Source of the DNA: a virus
Length of the DNA stretch: 52,479 nucleotides
Strand: one strand, 5' to 3'
IMG/VR virus record: IMGVR_UViG_3300045988_166053
The position numbers and the translations under genes are program-made. Below, one piece after another: positions 46,201 through 52,479 of the stretch (its first letter is position 1; the number at the start of each line of letters is the position of its first letter). The notes under the pieces are model-generated. The model saw only the letters and a list, made by a program, of their open reading frames with translations. It searched no databases and was not told the DNA's origin.

Positions 46201-46518
46201 GAGTCTCATGACCCGGAGAATCAGTCTGGATCCGGTGATGACAACGGTAACGGCAGCGGGAACAACAAGTCCAAGTCCAACGGCAATGGTTCCAAGTCCT
46301 ATGGCAGCAGGTCTTATGGCTACCGCAAGGGCGGCGGCGGTGGCGGTGGCGGCCGTGGTGGTTCCGCACCGAACTTGTATTCCAGGCTTCCCAAGGCATA
46401 TAACCCATCACCGAAGACCATGTACGGCGAGAGGCTGTATGATACGAAGTACGACTACCTGCGGCCCGGCTTCGAGACGAAGGGCAGCCGCGAGGCCTAC
46501 AAGAGGAGCGACATCTAA
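34222..46518 (+). CDS. Giant virion-associated protein (4,098 aa). It has an Ala/Gly-zipper N-terminal region, a DIDGD motif and a Gly/Ser/Asn-rich basic C-terminus. Putative multidomain internal or ejection protein, possibly carrying an RNAP-like double-psi beta-barrel.
   Basis: A single uninterrupted ORF with RBS GGAGG 8 nt upstream of ATG 34222. Its stop overlaps the portal-like start (TAATG). GC3-rich codon usage matches the capsid genes. Confidence 0.7.
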   Translation: MALDKYAFSKIARGENPTAGAQGGGNKFNAREYLGGGADSGMSENFMSMRQKIADESDARRAAAEPPAGRKKADGRDYLAATMGKIGENIMGLAGAEEAAKTESKLDDVGSFLLGLPLGTISAPFTGASQLYEAASGHRATEMDDAGYIPSQDLDLGQRLATGASGAINAVGPFFGGSAGMLRGAKNAALMGGAKAAGLMGAEDAAKKMAGRAIESSAKSLAKEEAKGWVGRLASEAAEEGLEEFVQSPLDEIRDGTLDDGWFNRAVEAGAMGALGGSIMSGAGMALDRTFGKMANPSNQSSNRMPPLSPDTKTIKERRGFSTDATSMVSDAKDSIRDTLAEQQKVPGAASALQVSSGLRNHGLDDGTVGSGLVEKIFYYPDRRDMETGEIQSSAKTIADWFGVTTDDMHRILSGPNKTAELNQLVQNMKANGQSTRLLVGRNPDTNRGLYWIDVDEIVDSDYIDLNPLTYSYVKSDIDGDKAQLYFDRNNQASLGYVSENIVAPEAMDQKTGQPASNVDISDYGFMPATIGDKSTAQLTKDDVRRIFTEAIDETVGTNSGIDAVSYADRWADEVASSKDSNKANFLNEINAAIKNYLANGGQLLPGAHPGTAVSKIIGKMQADTSAGFSRAMDAAAADVRRANEIVRQMVDMIPGVLAESNEGRGMSSKGDLGGIRSYAEAATDMLNAAYAKYNKAATNVGFRQDGRFILEAQSKLLQSIDYTLRNLQTAMSKSGLGVSESVYQMLVDICVRQVERGGDVTTTISGLFDAALANGSMTRFRNEVGHTKIQNGEDLEVLKRVFRDEYAKLYDAYEKAILTDNTANENGMKLPGEMDKPELLESDGDAALARYFKRAFGSQYGEDMVEGWPKHFEGKTWNEAVRIVSQDASYDRTQFVDLDNGFQQLFNMMLADEGRQSRQVSIRINSEVEASVRMFADLRSKWEANGKKLHGADFAMAEQLVTKVRSIIGQRSADKIGLVSVDSFFDSGWGEMLSSGNQELAMKAICEMAVSAKYDGVIAKLDQALKEKDGLVADKYRMAALNMLGDLVDTSRVDDYIISEIADAASSMDALKNAETFSRLYDAITSDDPRLTFGVISSTWDAGNGDNASVFLTDVLTTPGSTFSNADLSSRMNRAASSQRTADQINNEMNIERWNAVFSAATDAGQQERYASAIDDLLNDRTYEVGNDAIGSAVYAATTIANSYKEKGVVPRSAQIMYAISEISRHGALYAWSDKLFGLSQGRITKRQFLDNPTLIARLMVDPKFSITITDWESGQFNNFSRDDLIRDVIPDWNGGPITLNVYNKIFTKYPQLISIIAPLSMSVGVNENSESTVTKTTTDSVDKALLNRVREVMDINEDADNITKHGSEARKRVMRRTKLLLMDHVEFIPELCRMMGDVDGRLTLSEATKRSSKLVDDMCNYFIDLAMSGEGTKYVDMLAESSADTFNSVMGTISESFRAAMEIASLEGEVLDRADDRSLSSRDAHIKHMSESIVSSTINKFAADNTAGLTSLFNKASKKFFDEMNGVDQRFDEYMHDLDELETIMSTVFDLYVDNSTTRAQIVDEINQGLDTQLKMIDDNLLVDTEGKTEAQIKAEADNVREAIKNELTVDNIDSQVTAIANSLPTAGGILNPDDKLTGFITIDDFGNGTDGARNLVKEKISEISRSSNFNLGDGELSVDETMDKIDAICDEIVKNDGVLNEEIKNKIKTAMSFWNSVAMRDWMMDKNLRSGTIQNVNIFNAVDRHNQFVLDMRDAIRSDMIDRGVDPNLVDLTGERPHYPHQDFSDPTLDLMANRAIVNSTRGGASTNVGLNGAKTRAYAGFDFIPRDYRSPVAPIELDYNGLMDLVKQDGSSTGSAGYNRFIGAKTCIGGPWTQSPDQNGQWGWELGTFTERDLSDMQADPTKKVLIFDPIMSPNGIDINCTHDAYNANGCDFQMTLAMVGRLLDGTQEGMALKTAKTIGNVNHMSQDELKIDGLDYGSNSTDMSALNRYKAGSPDWDKALVVLRNKARENLIGYRDKWRKNLNAIFSDDANKVLGMGDAEALHFSQLITPFVEVEVETIDASGEVVGTRTELIDSIDLFATNDISGFRQAVASMTTDESRVSRIIPVAVNPEEISMKIQREVAAAIRQGGKKNRQRIALDAATHWRGSYSKTLSVGDVLADFSPVKPSSFEFAIGDDRTSPLGKFLDELYGSKALEIPGSSRSRMDYAAIPNGTINAAYSAMKGATTLGLSPRKFEVDNSLSYATSGRLSVNGMPLPVKAFCKDRDKLGSGVSGIDSVSKLFEPLKDTKENQCQPPKAGNNPETAGIVFSDAEFLSALTWAMKYQQLLYVPEKYVSPGLVSPYPIVGDPVLIGGEKFNIIAPYKNDALRRASLRRGKAAVMDFDPANVAVSVAGGFTVTMGDGASYVNSETIGRRGLTLQNNHKKMDVLSDLLSDGKGSNRNVKSYSLCTIRDMAELASLTDENLEKSMVFGRQYSKTSGSDIDQTKAMIDIRDAVNYMANNGVSKRDSASRGDVLAFAKIEYLDGSVSYAPITLGTGAPSKMLKINVTQDGSAIKIDFDAIVSIKDESDREFALKYAIHSKSYKTMATVLDKFKMPMLGVRYTDTQGKTVDALRADIIYNSTTDENRNSDAWLNIMKSNLMYWVHAKSGGSLLYKRVNGGNYEVNPWLEKCGLSPLEIKSLLEGTDIRVWRKIVNQKINLVDPATVPTDSTVNDVIRHVIANNIRDGIPNTYFFSAITKESLGGKTPKLRGKMFSFSSIDQLNRKQTLELFNAMDDKCCPPGLVHKFDENGKLADKKSVISTTFDEYGRMMQYIGKGDNGKPVYMAVDVSVGDAMTLGVGTTMDRVSASAAYSLQHSERQGLSRALTERELDAVTKDTMLQIGDYGAFNDQSLRGDGSTMAREGIGASAYQSDIAAYVEAADRGSKPIMARDLHEFEARKRIAESSKMFTERLPIVLADDRKFFGAVDSMATVKENDPDYARKQSLHDSYTMVRDALGMGDGGKWLTWDRFMMLVKRDCGITYNDGKGTFQITVDQIHESALRIKRNIEKTGLPIVAANNNDGYSSRYSLPMLLPSEKSYFWQFENIRNENGGDFSKFEENILAEGDRAIELITRIPATQKSAGRGESVVSKKKRNALLAACDWMYTENGYATKSGRIYGDTYSSDMIRDSNAFFEALFDNESQQEWKELLMETTDEVAQKLKDYRSLYNAKYTITTLDDSGRTIVKVKANDQATIDKILNFATTTSQMMGVMSPSVLFANYADKALSTNAMKLAMKIGRDYGIGSYATDVDVNQDLVKQFSRDPLVLRFWNAMRDAAIDGDEQLFLATVNDEADLTTWIETRGNRRNKISDMVFRGINGGNSFASVQIENFMNYFLTLEAKDGHNYWFQPVNDSNGPTEMRIEQIMASDNAFRLFVDIFGGGVSFSLDNAMVAQNNALRGDMAQRSVPSMLYNDFVRQHGSAAKFFSTTFVSRFMQARINQGSRMLNWVLPMSTLHHATIEFLTSEGMADTKIGQRAQLLHIEDARTFKNFKMALASDALHMAPAVLAAVLMAIPGAIEPPEDDDKWGNPTDWLFFGHRVYPDWELESIMGMALPAAAFWKSCALGRPRVDLLTNGAASVFYNNPMARMSDLLAMITGDPESSILSDYERDVETYADAKNGSPDLSRWLMGQFQGSMLTWAGQFWCPQIFKELFSTSLEHSYNKVYEETSTGALTEAGANGKTMKTTYEDAMLRKVARRNPVTATLLDITLRPNTGYLESEMPLVVIPDQAQMDSQKYWSLYDDAGNPLPESVRQEKIIEIISLMQQTDDMEDLYKAGFYLDSKTRFDVGDTIWQICSNLTDAYYEMEANGDLNPYVLGGGDYYKGKALATQISNAYYDELDYWKSFYYDKLESEPMRRGMVMYNRYKTTYAQDDNGDVYATGIMADTSGLKSLSPVKIAPDSLTEKTITMGYEGDFMTPSAVTGESTGMRALIPVEQGYENVIPFESHDPENQSGSGDDNGNGSGNNKSKSNGNGSKSYGSRSYGYRKGGGGGGGGRGGSAPNLYSRLPKAYNPSPKTMYGERLYDTKYDYLRPGFETKGSREAYKRSDI

Positions 46519-48554
46519 TGGCAGACTTCGACATCAAGCCAGAAGACATCAAGGATACGAGCGGTCTCGGTGACAAGATCAGCGAGATGTACAACCGCTC
46601 CAAGGCGACAATGGATCTTCGAACGAACAACTTCGAGCTGTTCACGAAGATCTCCCACAACATGAACCTCTACGAGAAGCGTAGAAACACGGAGTTCTCC
46701 GAGGGAACCACGCAGGCCCTGAAGCGCAAGCTCAGGGCCCAGACCCTGCAAAGGGTCCCCGATGGTGAGATCACCACCCAGTTTGACAAGAACTCGATCG
46801 AGCAAGTTGAGACCGAGTTCCTGTTTGATACGAAGATCGTACGCTCGGAGTTTGACGGCAAGGACATGATGAAGAACCTCTGGCGTGCCTTCAACACGTC
46901 TTATGACTACGGGTTCGCCTGCATCCGCACCGGCTTCGAGCGTGACCTCGATGGAGATCTCAGGATCTCCTGGAAGCAGATCGGCTGGAATGATGTGTAT
47001 CCGGCGCCTGACTGTGACTTCATCGAGGAGGCTGAGTGGTACGTTATCCGTGAGTACATCAGCCGCGCGGAGATCAAGTCGCTCATTGATTGGGATACCG
47101 AGACCGTCAAGGATAAGACGTACTTCGAGGACACCGTGAAGTTCCTCTCTGACTGGGAGCCCAGCGAAGGCCCTGAGTATGACTCCATCCCGCTGGCGGA
47201 TAAGAAGAAAGGCGTGACAAAAGTCGAGAGCGTAGAGGTACTCACGCTCTACAAGCGCGGTGCTGACGAGTTTTACTCGTATGTCCCGAGCTGTCACGCC
47301 ATGCTCAGGATGGTCAAGAACGAGGATCCCAGGAAGGATGTACCGATCCACTTCCTGATCCTCGAGCCTGATCCCGAGTTCCCGCTTGGATGCTCGTCTG
47401 TCATGTGGACTTTGGCCCAGCAGCAGTTTGCCGACGCCTTCCAGACCTCTGCCTACCAGACGCTCCTACTTGCCACCAAGCCGCCCATCATGGCTACCGG
47501 CAACCTCATGAACGCAAAGATCAGGATGGAGCCGGCAGCCTTCTGGGATCTTGGTAACAACCCGAACAACAAGATCGAGAAGTTCCCAGTCGAGACTACG
47601 ACCATCACGCAGTATGGCTCCATCCTGGAGAACATCGGTGCGAACATGATGAAGAACCTGAATGTCACGGATCAAACGATTGCATCCGATGCAAACGTGG
47701 CTCGATATTCAGGAACCGCTCCGGGCGTGCATGAGCAGGCCAAGGACAAGACGATCACGATTAACCAGTACGCCAAGAGGATCGAGATATTCTTCTGCGA
47801 GTGGGCGAACCATGCCCTGCGAAGCTATATCGCATCCATGGGTGGAAAGATCAAGATGACCGTCGATGAACCGACGCGCCGTCGAATCTGGGACATCGAG
47901 ATGGCTCGAGACCAGAGGCGCAAGCAAAGCGGTGAAAAGCCTGGCGAGTCCATCATTGATGGCGACAAGATCGAGATCGACTTTGACAACCTGTCTACCG
48001 ATCTCCTCTCCTTCTCCGTGCGTGCTGGATCGCTCATCGAGACCCGCGAGGAAGAGGAGCGCAGGAACATCCAAGAGATGTTGATCCCTGTTTCGCAGAT
48101 GCTTGGCAATGTCTCCGAGAAGAACAGGGGCGCCTTCGAGCAGAACATCATGCAGATGATGGCTCGCCTGTTCGACCTGTCTAACATCGATGTCTCTGCG
48201 CAGACCTCTCAGCGTATTGATGACCAACTTCTTCTCGAAGCCCAACGTGCAACGATGGATCAGGTTATGGCTCAGCAGCAGCAGATCAACCAGATTGCCC
48301 AGCAGCTCATGCCGAACCAGGGCCAGCAGCAGCCTGGAGCTACGCCGAACCAGGGTCCGCAGGGACAGCAGCAGCCTAGCCTCGCACAGCCTCAGGGTCC
48401 TCAGGATCAACAGCAGCCCGGCCTTATGCCGAATCAAGAGCCGCTGGAGACCATACGAGCACCTCAGCCTGATAATCCTGGGTTGACACCGGAATTACAG
48501 CAGGGTGTACCATCCGATATGAACCAAATCTCGGCACAAGGTAACCTACAGTAA
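46518..48554 (+). CDS. Portal-like protein (678 aa) with a Gln-rich C-terminal tail.
   Basis: Lies immediately upstream of the capsid gene. Acidic, with the size and style of podovirus portals. C-terminal PNQGxQQQP degenerate repeats. Confidence 0.45.
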   Translation: MADFDIKPEDIKDTSGLGDKISEMYNRSKATMDLRTNNFELFTKISHNMNLYEKRRNTEFSEGTTQALKRKLRAQTLQRVPDGEITTQFDKNSIEQVETEFLFDTKIVRSEFDGKDMMKNLWRAFNTSYDYGFACIRTGFERDLDGDLRISWKQIGWNDVYPAPDCDFIEEAEWYVIREYISRAEIKSLIDWDTETVKDKTYFEDTVKFLSDWEPSEGPEYDSIPLADKKKGVTKVESVEVLTLYKRGADEFYSYVPSCHAMLRMVKNEDPRKDVPIHFLILEPDPEFPLGCSSVMWTLAQQQFADAFQTSAYQTLLLATKPPIMATGNLMNAKIRMEPAAFWDLGNNPNNKIEKFPVETTTITQYGSILENIGANMMKNLNVTDQTIASDANVARYSGTAPGVHEQAKDKTITINQYAKRIEIFFCEWANHALRSYIASMGGKIKMTVDEPTRRRIWDIEMARDQRRKQSGEKPGESIIDGDKIEIDFDNLSTDLLSFSVRAGSLIETREEEERRNIQEMLIPVSQMLGNVSEKNRGAFEQNIMQMMARLFDLSNIDVSAQTSQRIDDQLLLEAQRATMDQVMAQQQQINQIAQQLMPNQGQQQPGATPNQGPQGQQQPSLAQPQGPQDQQQPGLMPNQEPLETIRAPQPDNPGLTPELQQGVPSDMNQISAQGNLQ

Positions 48555-48563
48555 GGAGTAGCT

Positions 48564-50324
48564 ATGGCACAGGTTATCGCCCCCGAGGTCTGGCAGGAGG
48601 GCATCGACGACAATCGTTTGCTTCCTGGTCGTGTGACCGCAGGCCTCTTCCAGGGCTCTTTGGCCCCCAACGCCAAGATCGCAAACAATGGCGGCGCTCT
48701 TCGCGTTTGGGATATGGCAATCACTGACTACATCACCGATTACGATGACCGTCGTCTGAACGGCCTCGCCGGCACTAACACCGATGGCCATGACGGCTGG
48801 GGTGCTTCCGCTTACGGCGTGTTCCAGGACGTCCGCTTCGACTCCCGTGTGTACACGATGTCTCGCCACCGCTCTGTTGCATTCCGCATCTTCGATGAGC
48901 AGCAGTATTCCGGCGGCATCGGCGAGTGGGGCGACGCTACCCATTCCAACGTGATCACTCCGGGCCAGTCCCTCATGAACACCGCTGCGATCCTGAACAA
49001 GACAAAGACCCTGTGGCAGGAGTCCGTGCTTAACCCGGACATCGACCGCTACAACATCTTCTGCGCTGTCAATGGCCACATGAACGGCCGTTGGGTCCAG
49101 AACAATCCGTCTGAGATCTTCAACGACGAGGGCCAGTGGGTCGCCACTCCCGGCACCACTCAGGGCAACGCTATTGAGCCCAGCTTCGCCGCCATCCATG
49201 CAGTCGAGTGGGACAATGACAACATCCCGCTGCTTCTCAAGAATATCGATGTCGTCTGGTCTTCCCTGCGCATCCCGCAGGATTCTCGCTGCCTGATGCT
49301 CGATCCGTTCTATGAGTACGACTTCATGGCTGCTCTGACCGGCAAGGGCATTGTTGCCACCGACTCCGCGTTCAACATGCTCCAGGATGGCCACGTGACC
49401 AAGCTCATGGGCTGGGAGCTGTGCTTCGACATCCCGTCTGAGTATTGGCCGCACATCTACGTCGATGACAACCTGAATGTCGTTCACTCCAAGGACGGCA
49501 AGGCGCCTTACGACAAGTACATCAACTCTGTCGCCTACACCGACACTGGCCGTGAGCTCATGCTCTCTATGGCTGCCAGCGATCGTATGACCCGCCCGAA
49601 CTTCATCCGTACTGAGTGGGACAACGACACCAAGTCCTTCAAGAAGGTCCTGACCAACTACCCGCTCGGTATGCCGTCCGCTGCTCCGTACTTCGGTGAT
49701 CCGGTCAAGCTCGATCCCGCTGACTTCGGCAAGCCGACCGATTACCCGTTCACCGCGCCCGGCGCAGGCTACGGTCTGAAGACGCCGTCCGGTCCCCAGG
49801 GTGCGATCAAGCGTCGCCAGACCATCGGCATGTTCCTGTATAAGAAGGCTGTCCAGACCTCCCAGGAGTACAGCTCCATGGTCACGGATACCGGCATGAC
49901 GCGCGGCAAGTTTACCGAGATGTGCTTCGACGTGAAGTACGACTGCTGGGTCATTGAGTCCCTGTCCCAGGGCATCATCCCCATCATCGACGCCGTCGAG
50001 AACACCGGCACCTTTGCTATCCCCGTCCAGGTTATCGAGCCTGATACCTCTGACGCCAAGGTTGTCAGTGTGACTGCCGATCCCGCCACCTTGTCTCTCA
50101 AGGTTGGCCAGGAGGCCTATGTGACCGTCAAGGTCGAGGGCACCGGCGCCTTCGATAAGGGTTGGTCCGCCTTCTCCTCCGATGCGACCAAGGCTGAGGT
50201 CATGCCTGACGGCAAGGTCCGCGGTATTGCTACTGGCGCTGCGACCATCACGTTCCGTTCTCTCGGTGATCCCACCAAGACTGATACGGTAACCGTGAAC
50301 GTCTCTGCCAATCCCGGAGCCTAG
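48564..50324 (+). CDS. Major capsid protein (HK97-like) with a C-terminal Big_2 Ig-like domain.
   Basis: RBS AAGGAG. Strongly biased GC3 codon usage. C-terminal Big_2-like segment VTADPATLSLKVGQEAYVTVKVEG...ATITFRSLGDPTKTDTVTVNV. A strong terminator follows. Confidence 0.6.
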   Translation: MAQVIAPEVWQEGIDDNRLLPGRVTAGLFQGSLAPNAKIANNGGALRVWDMAITDYITDYDDRRLNGLAGTNTDGHDGWGASAYGVFQDVRFDSRVYTMSRHRSVAFRIFDEQQYSGGIGEWGDATHSNVITPGQSLMNTAAILNKTKTLWQESVLNPDIDRYNIFCAVNGHMNGRWVQNNPSEIFNDEGQWVATPGTTQGNAIEPSFAAIHAVEWDNDNIPLLLKNIDVVWSSLRIPQDSRCLMLDPFYEYDFMAALTGKGIVATDSAFNMLQDGHVTKLMGWELCFDIPSEYWPHIYVDDNLNVVHSKDGKAPYDKYINSVAYTDTGRELMLSMAASDRMTRPNFIRTEWDNDTKSFKKVLTNYPLGMPSAAPYFGDPVKLDPADFGKPTDYPFTAPGAGYGLKTPSGPQGAIKRRQTIGMFLYKKAVQTSQEYSSMVTDTGMTRGKFTEMCFDVKYDCWVIESLSQGIIPIIDAVENTGTFAIPVQVIEPDTSDAKVVSVTADPATLSLKVGQEAYVTVKVEGTGAFDKGWSAFSSDATKAEVMPDGKVRGIATGAATITFRSLGDPTKTDTVTVNVSANPGA

Positions 50325-50348
50325 GCTAAGCAACAGACTTAACGGCAA

Positions 50349-50390
50349 GGGCCGTCGGTGCCTCCACTGGCCCGGCGGCCCTTTTCTTTT
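50349..50390 (+). terminator. Strong rho-independent terminator after the capsid gene.
   Basis: gggccgtcgg...ccggcggccc stem followed by ttttctttt. Confidence 0.7.
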
Positions 50391-50400
50391 AGGAGATCAA

Positions 50401-51945
50401 ATGGCGGGTAAATCCCTTGCTCACCTCAGCGGGCAGATAAAGCCCAAGGAGGCGCAAAACATAAAGAAAGACAAGGCCTCTCAGGACTTTGTTGAGAAGG
50501 CGTCGTCTCAGAAGAACACGGCGAAAGGCGATGCTGCCAAATGGCAACACGCAGTCAACCTTGCCCGTGAGGACTTCGGTGAGAATGCCGACACTGATGA
50601 CCGAAAGTTCTTGGAGCGAGCCGAGAGCTATTACGCCACGATGAACCCAGAGTCCACGGCTGACCAGGTTCGCGGCAAGAATGCGTTCACCTCTGCGGTT
50701 GAAGACGTGGCACACGGCATCGATGGCGTGAATGACTTTCTGGGTGACGGCGTGAAAGGAGCATGGGATCTCCTTGCCGGCGGCGGTGCTGAGGCTCTCG
50801 GTGGTCTTGCTGGCATGTTGACCGGCGACGAGAACACCGCTTCCGATTGGCGCAACTTCACAGAGGGGGTCATTGATGACAAGACGGCAGACGCTCTGGC
50901 ATCCATTGGCACGAGCCTTGCCGTATCGGCGATCCCTGGCTTTGGCGTGCCAGCATCCATCGCGCTTGCCGGTTTGCAGAATGCAGACAACATAAACGAA
51001 GCGCTGACTGGCAGGGACTCCGTGACGCTCCAGCAGCTCGATGATAACGAGCGAACCGGCAGGGCCATCAATGCAGCGCTTGATCTCGGTCTGTCCGCAT
51101 TGCCTGGTATCGGCAAGCTGGACGAGGGAATCGATGCAGCACGCGCCGCAGGAAAGATCGCTCCGCTTGCTGACGATGCCAGTAGGGCCACCAAGATCCT
51201 TGATAAGGTCAATCCTGTCAACCAGGCAAAGGTACTTGCCAATGACATTGGCAGGATGAAGAGTGGATTCAATGCGGCCAAGGAGTCTGCAATAAAGAAC
51301 GCCGCCGCAGAGCCGTATCTTGCGGCAGACCTTGCGGCGAAATATGCACCTGGCACCGGCTACCATAACCCGATCGATCAGCTTGTCGACATCGCCAAGA
51401 CCAAGACGTCTGGCCTGAAGCAGTACGCAGATGACGCGCTCGATGCGCACCGTGGCGCAAGGTATACGCAGCCTGTCGCAAAGGAAGTTGGCGAGAAGGC
51501 AGTAAAGGAAACTGCGAAAGGAGCTGCTAAGGAAGCCGGCAAAAAGACTGTTGCCGGAAAGGCAAAGAGTCTCGGCAAGGCAGCTCTAAATGTGGCCAAG
51601 AAAGCCGGTGGATCGCAGATAGTCACGAACCCTGTGATGTCGTTGGCAGTGAATACTGCAAGCAGCATCCCGAATGCCATGGAAGCCGGGATGTCCGGCG
51701 ATCCTGATGCGACGGCCAACGCGATCTTCCCCAACGATCCGCAGACTGCAATCCGAAATATCATCCTCTCGCTGGCACCTGGCAGCAAGAAGATGTCCAG
51801 GGGTCTTGGTCTGAATCCCAACATCGCTAGGTTTGCAACGAGCAACAAGGCGTTCCGAGATGCCAAGCATCAAGGACCGGCGTATGATGAGATGAACACC
51901 GAAGATCTGTCCAAGCGCATGGACGATTATTACGAGGAGGACTGA
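50401..51945 (+). CDS. Internal virion/ejection-type protein (514 aa) with Gly/Ala-zipper hydrophobic segments and a Lys/Ala-rich region.
   Basis: RBS AGGAG. Segments AWDLLAGGGAEALGGLAGML and SLAVSAIPGFGVPASIALAGL resemble those at the N-terminus of the giant protein. Confidence 0.5.
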   Translation: MAGKSLAHLSGQIKPKEAQNIKKDKASQDFVEKASSQKNTAKGDAAKWQHAVNLAREDFGENADTDDRKFLERAESYYATMNPESTADQVRGKNAFTSAVEDVAHGIDGVNDFLGDGVKGAWDLLAGGGAEALGGLAGMLTGDENTASDWRNFTEGVIDDKTADALASIGTSLAVSAIPGFGVPASIALAGLQNADNINEALTGRDSVTLQQLDDNERTGRAINAALDLGLSALPGIGKLDEGIDAARAAGKIAPLADDASRATKILDKVNPVNQAKVLANDIGRMKSGFNAAKESAIKNAAAEPYLAADLAAKYAPGTGYHNPIDQLVDIAKTKTSGLKQYADDALDAHRGARYTQPVAKEVGEKAVKETAKGAAKEAGKKTVAGKAKSLGKAALNVAKKAGGSQIVTNPVMSLAVNTASSIPNAMEAGMSGDPDATANAIFPNDPQTAIRNIILSLAPGSKKMSRGLGLNPNIARFATSNKAFRDAKHQGPAYDEMNTEDLSKRMDDYYEED

Positions 51946-52479
51946 TGTTCAACGCTATAGGCAATGCGGTGGGCAATGTGCTCGCAAAGATATTTCCTGA
52001 CTCTATCGCCGGAGGCAAGAAGCCGTCCGGTGGTAACAAGAGCCAGGGCAAAAAGGGAGGCGGCAACCCTCAGAGGGGAGGCGGAAATCCCAACCAGGGA
52101 ACGAAGTCTCGAAGGGTGCAAGCAGCCTCCGCACCTGCCGGCGCCCGAGCAAGGGAGATGAGCCAGAAAACCACCGGAAGGCTTGGCTCATATATCGAAC
52201 CCACCAGCCTTACTGCAAGGCAAGAGATCGTAAACGGTGGCAAGCAAGGCAAATCCGCTATCCAGAAGCGCGGAGCCGATGGTCGCACGGAAGGCGAGAA
52301 GGCCGCCGATGCAGCAACCATGAGCTCTGAGGCTTATGATCAGAACGGATATGTCCCGCAAGAGGGCGATAACGATACCCTCGACGTGCTCAACAAACGA
52401 ATCAAAGACGACATCGCATCCGGCAAGCTGAAGTTTGCAGATGGATATGATCCCGCCGATGTTGACTGGCTGGACATCG
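51945..52479 (+). CDS. 5' part of the junction-spanning gene (about 494 aa in total, continuing at 1..947). Gly/Lys-rich N-terminus; putative internal virion or ejection protein.
   Basis: ATG at 51945 overlaps the upstream stop (TGATG) and follows RBS GAGGAGGA. The reading frame stays open to the window end and matches the frame of ORF 48..947 across the 141-bp repeat. Confidence 0.6.
   Translation, partial: MFNAIGNAVGNVLAKIFPDSIAGGKKPSGGNKSQGKKGGGNPQRGGGNPNQGTKSRRVQAASAPAGARAREMSQKTTGRLGSYIEPTSLTARQEIVNGGKQGKSAIQKRGADGRTEGEKAADAATMSSEAYDQNGYVPQEGDNDTLDVLNKRIKDDIASGKLKFADGYDPADVDWLDI
52339..52479. repeat. Second copy of the 141-bp terminal overlap.
   Basis: Identical to 1..141. Confidence 0.9.

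Noticed and set aside
46518-48554. A DLDGD motif in the portal-like protein as a possible polymerase signature.
   Set aside because: It is an isolated pentapeptide in an Asp-rich protein with no other polymerase features, most likely a chance match. It also lowers my confidence in the similar motif in the giant protein.
1-52479. Lysogeny module (integrase, CI-like repressor), or a diversity-generating retroelement acting on the fibre genes.
   Set aside because: I found no tyrosine or serine recombinase motifs, no reverse-transcriptase motifs, and no template-repeat/variable-repeat pair in any frame. The collagen repeats are tandem, not a TR/VR pair.

Overview
The window is a complete, circularly closed dsDNA phage genome of about 52.3 kb. 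Bases 1..141 are identical to 52339..52479, so one gene (51945..947) runs through the junction. I found no integrase or repressor, which points to a virulent phage that is probably podovirus-like.

The genome is organised in two arms:
- Rightward arm (29959 -> wrap -> 10545): two paralogous early genes with homopolymer tracts, holins, a GH25/CW_7/LysM endolysin, two tRNAs, a giant 4,098-aa protein, a portal-like gene and an HK97-like major capsid gene with a C-terminal Big_2 domain. Gly-zipper internal/ejection proteins follow, then tail fibres with collagen-like repeats, a Lys/Pro/Gly-rich basic protein, and adaptor- and nozzle-like genes.
- Leftward arm (28551 -> 10816): DNA metabolism and packaging. 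It carries an AEP primase-polymerase, a MoxR-like AAA+/vWA pair, a nucleotidyltransferase-like protein, an SSB-like protein, a YqaJ-like exonuclease, a very acidic protein, the large terminase, a MazG-like protein, DUF3310 and an Hjc-like resolvase.

The arms converge on a bidirectional terminator near 10.75 kb. They diverge from a 1.4-kb non-coding, repeat- and hairpin-rich region (28552..29958) that is a candidate origin, regulatory hub or structured RNA.

The endolysin architecture and the overall high GC suggest a high-GC Gram-positive host; this is an inference. Most products are called from motifs read by eye. None has been confirmed by database search.
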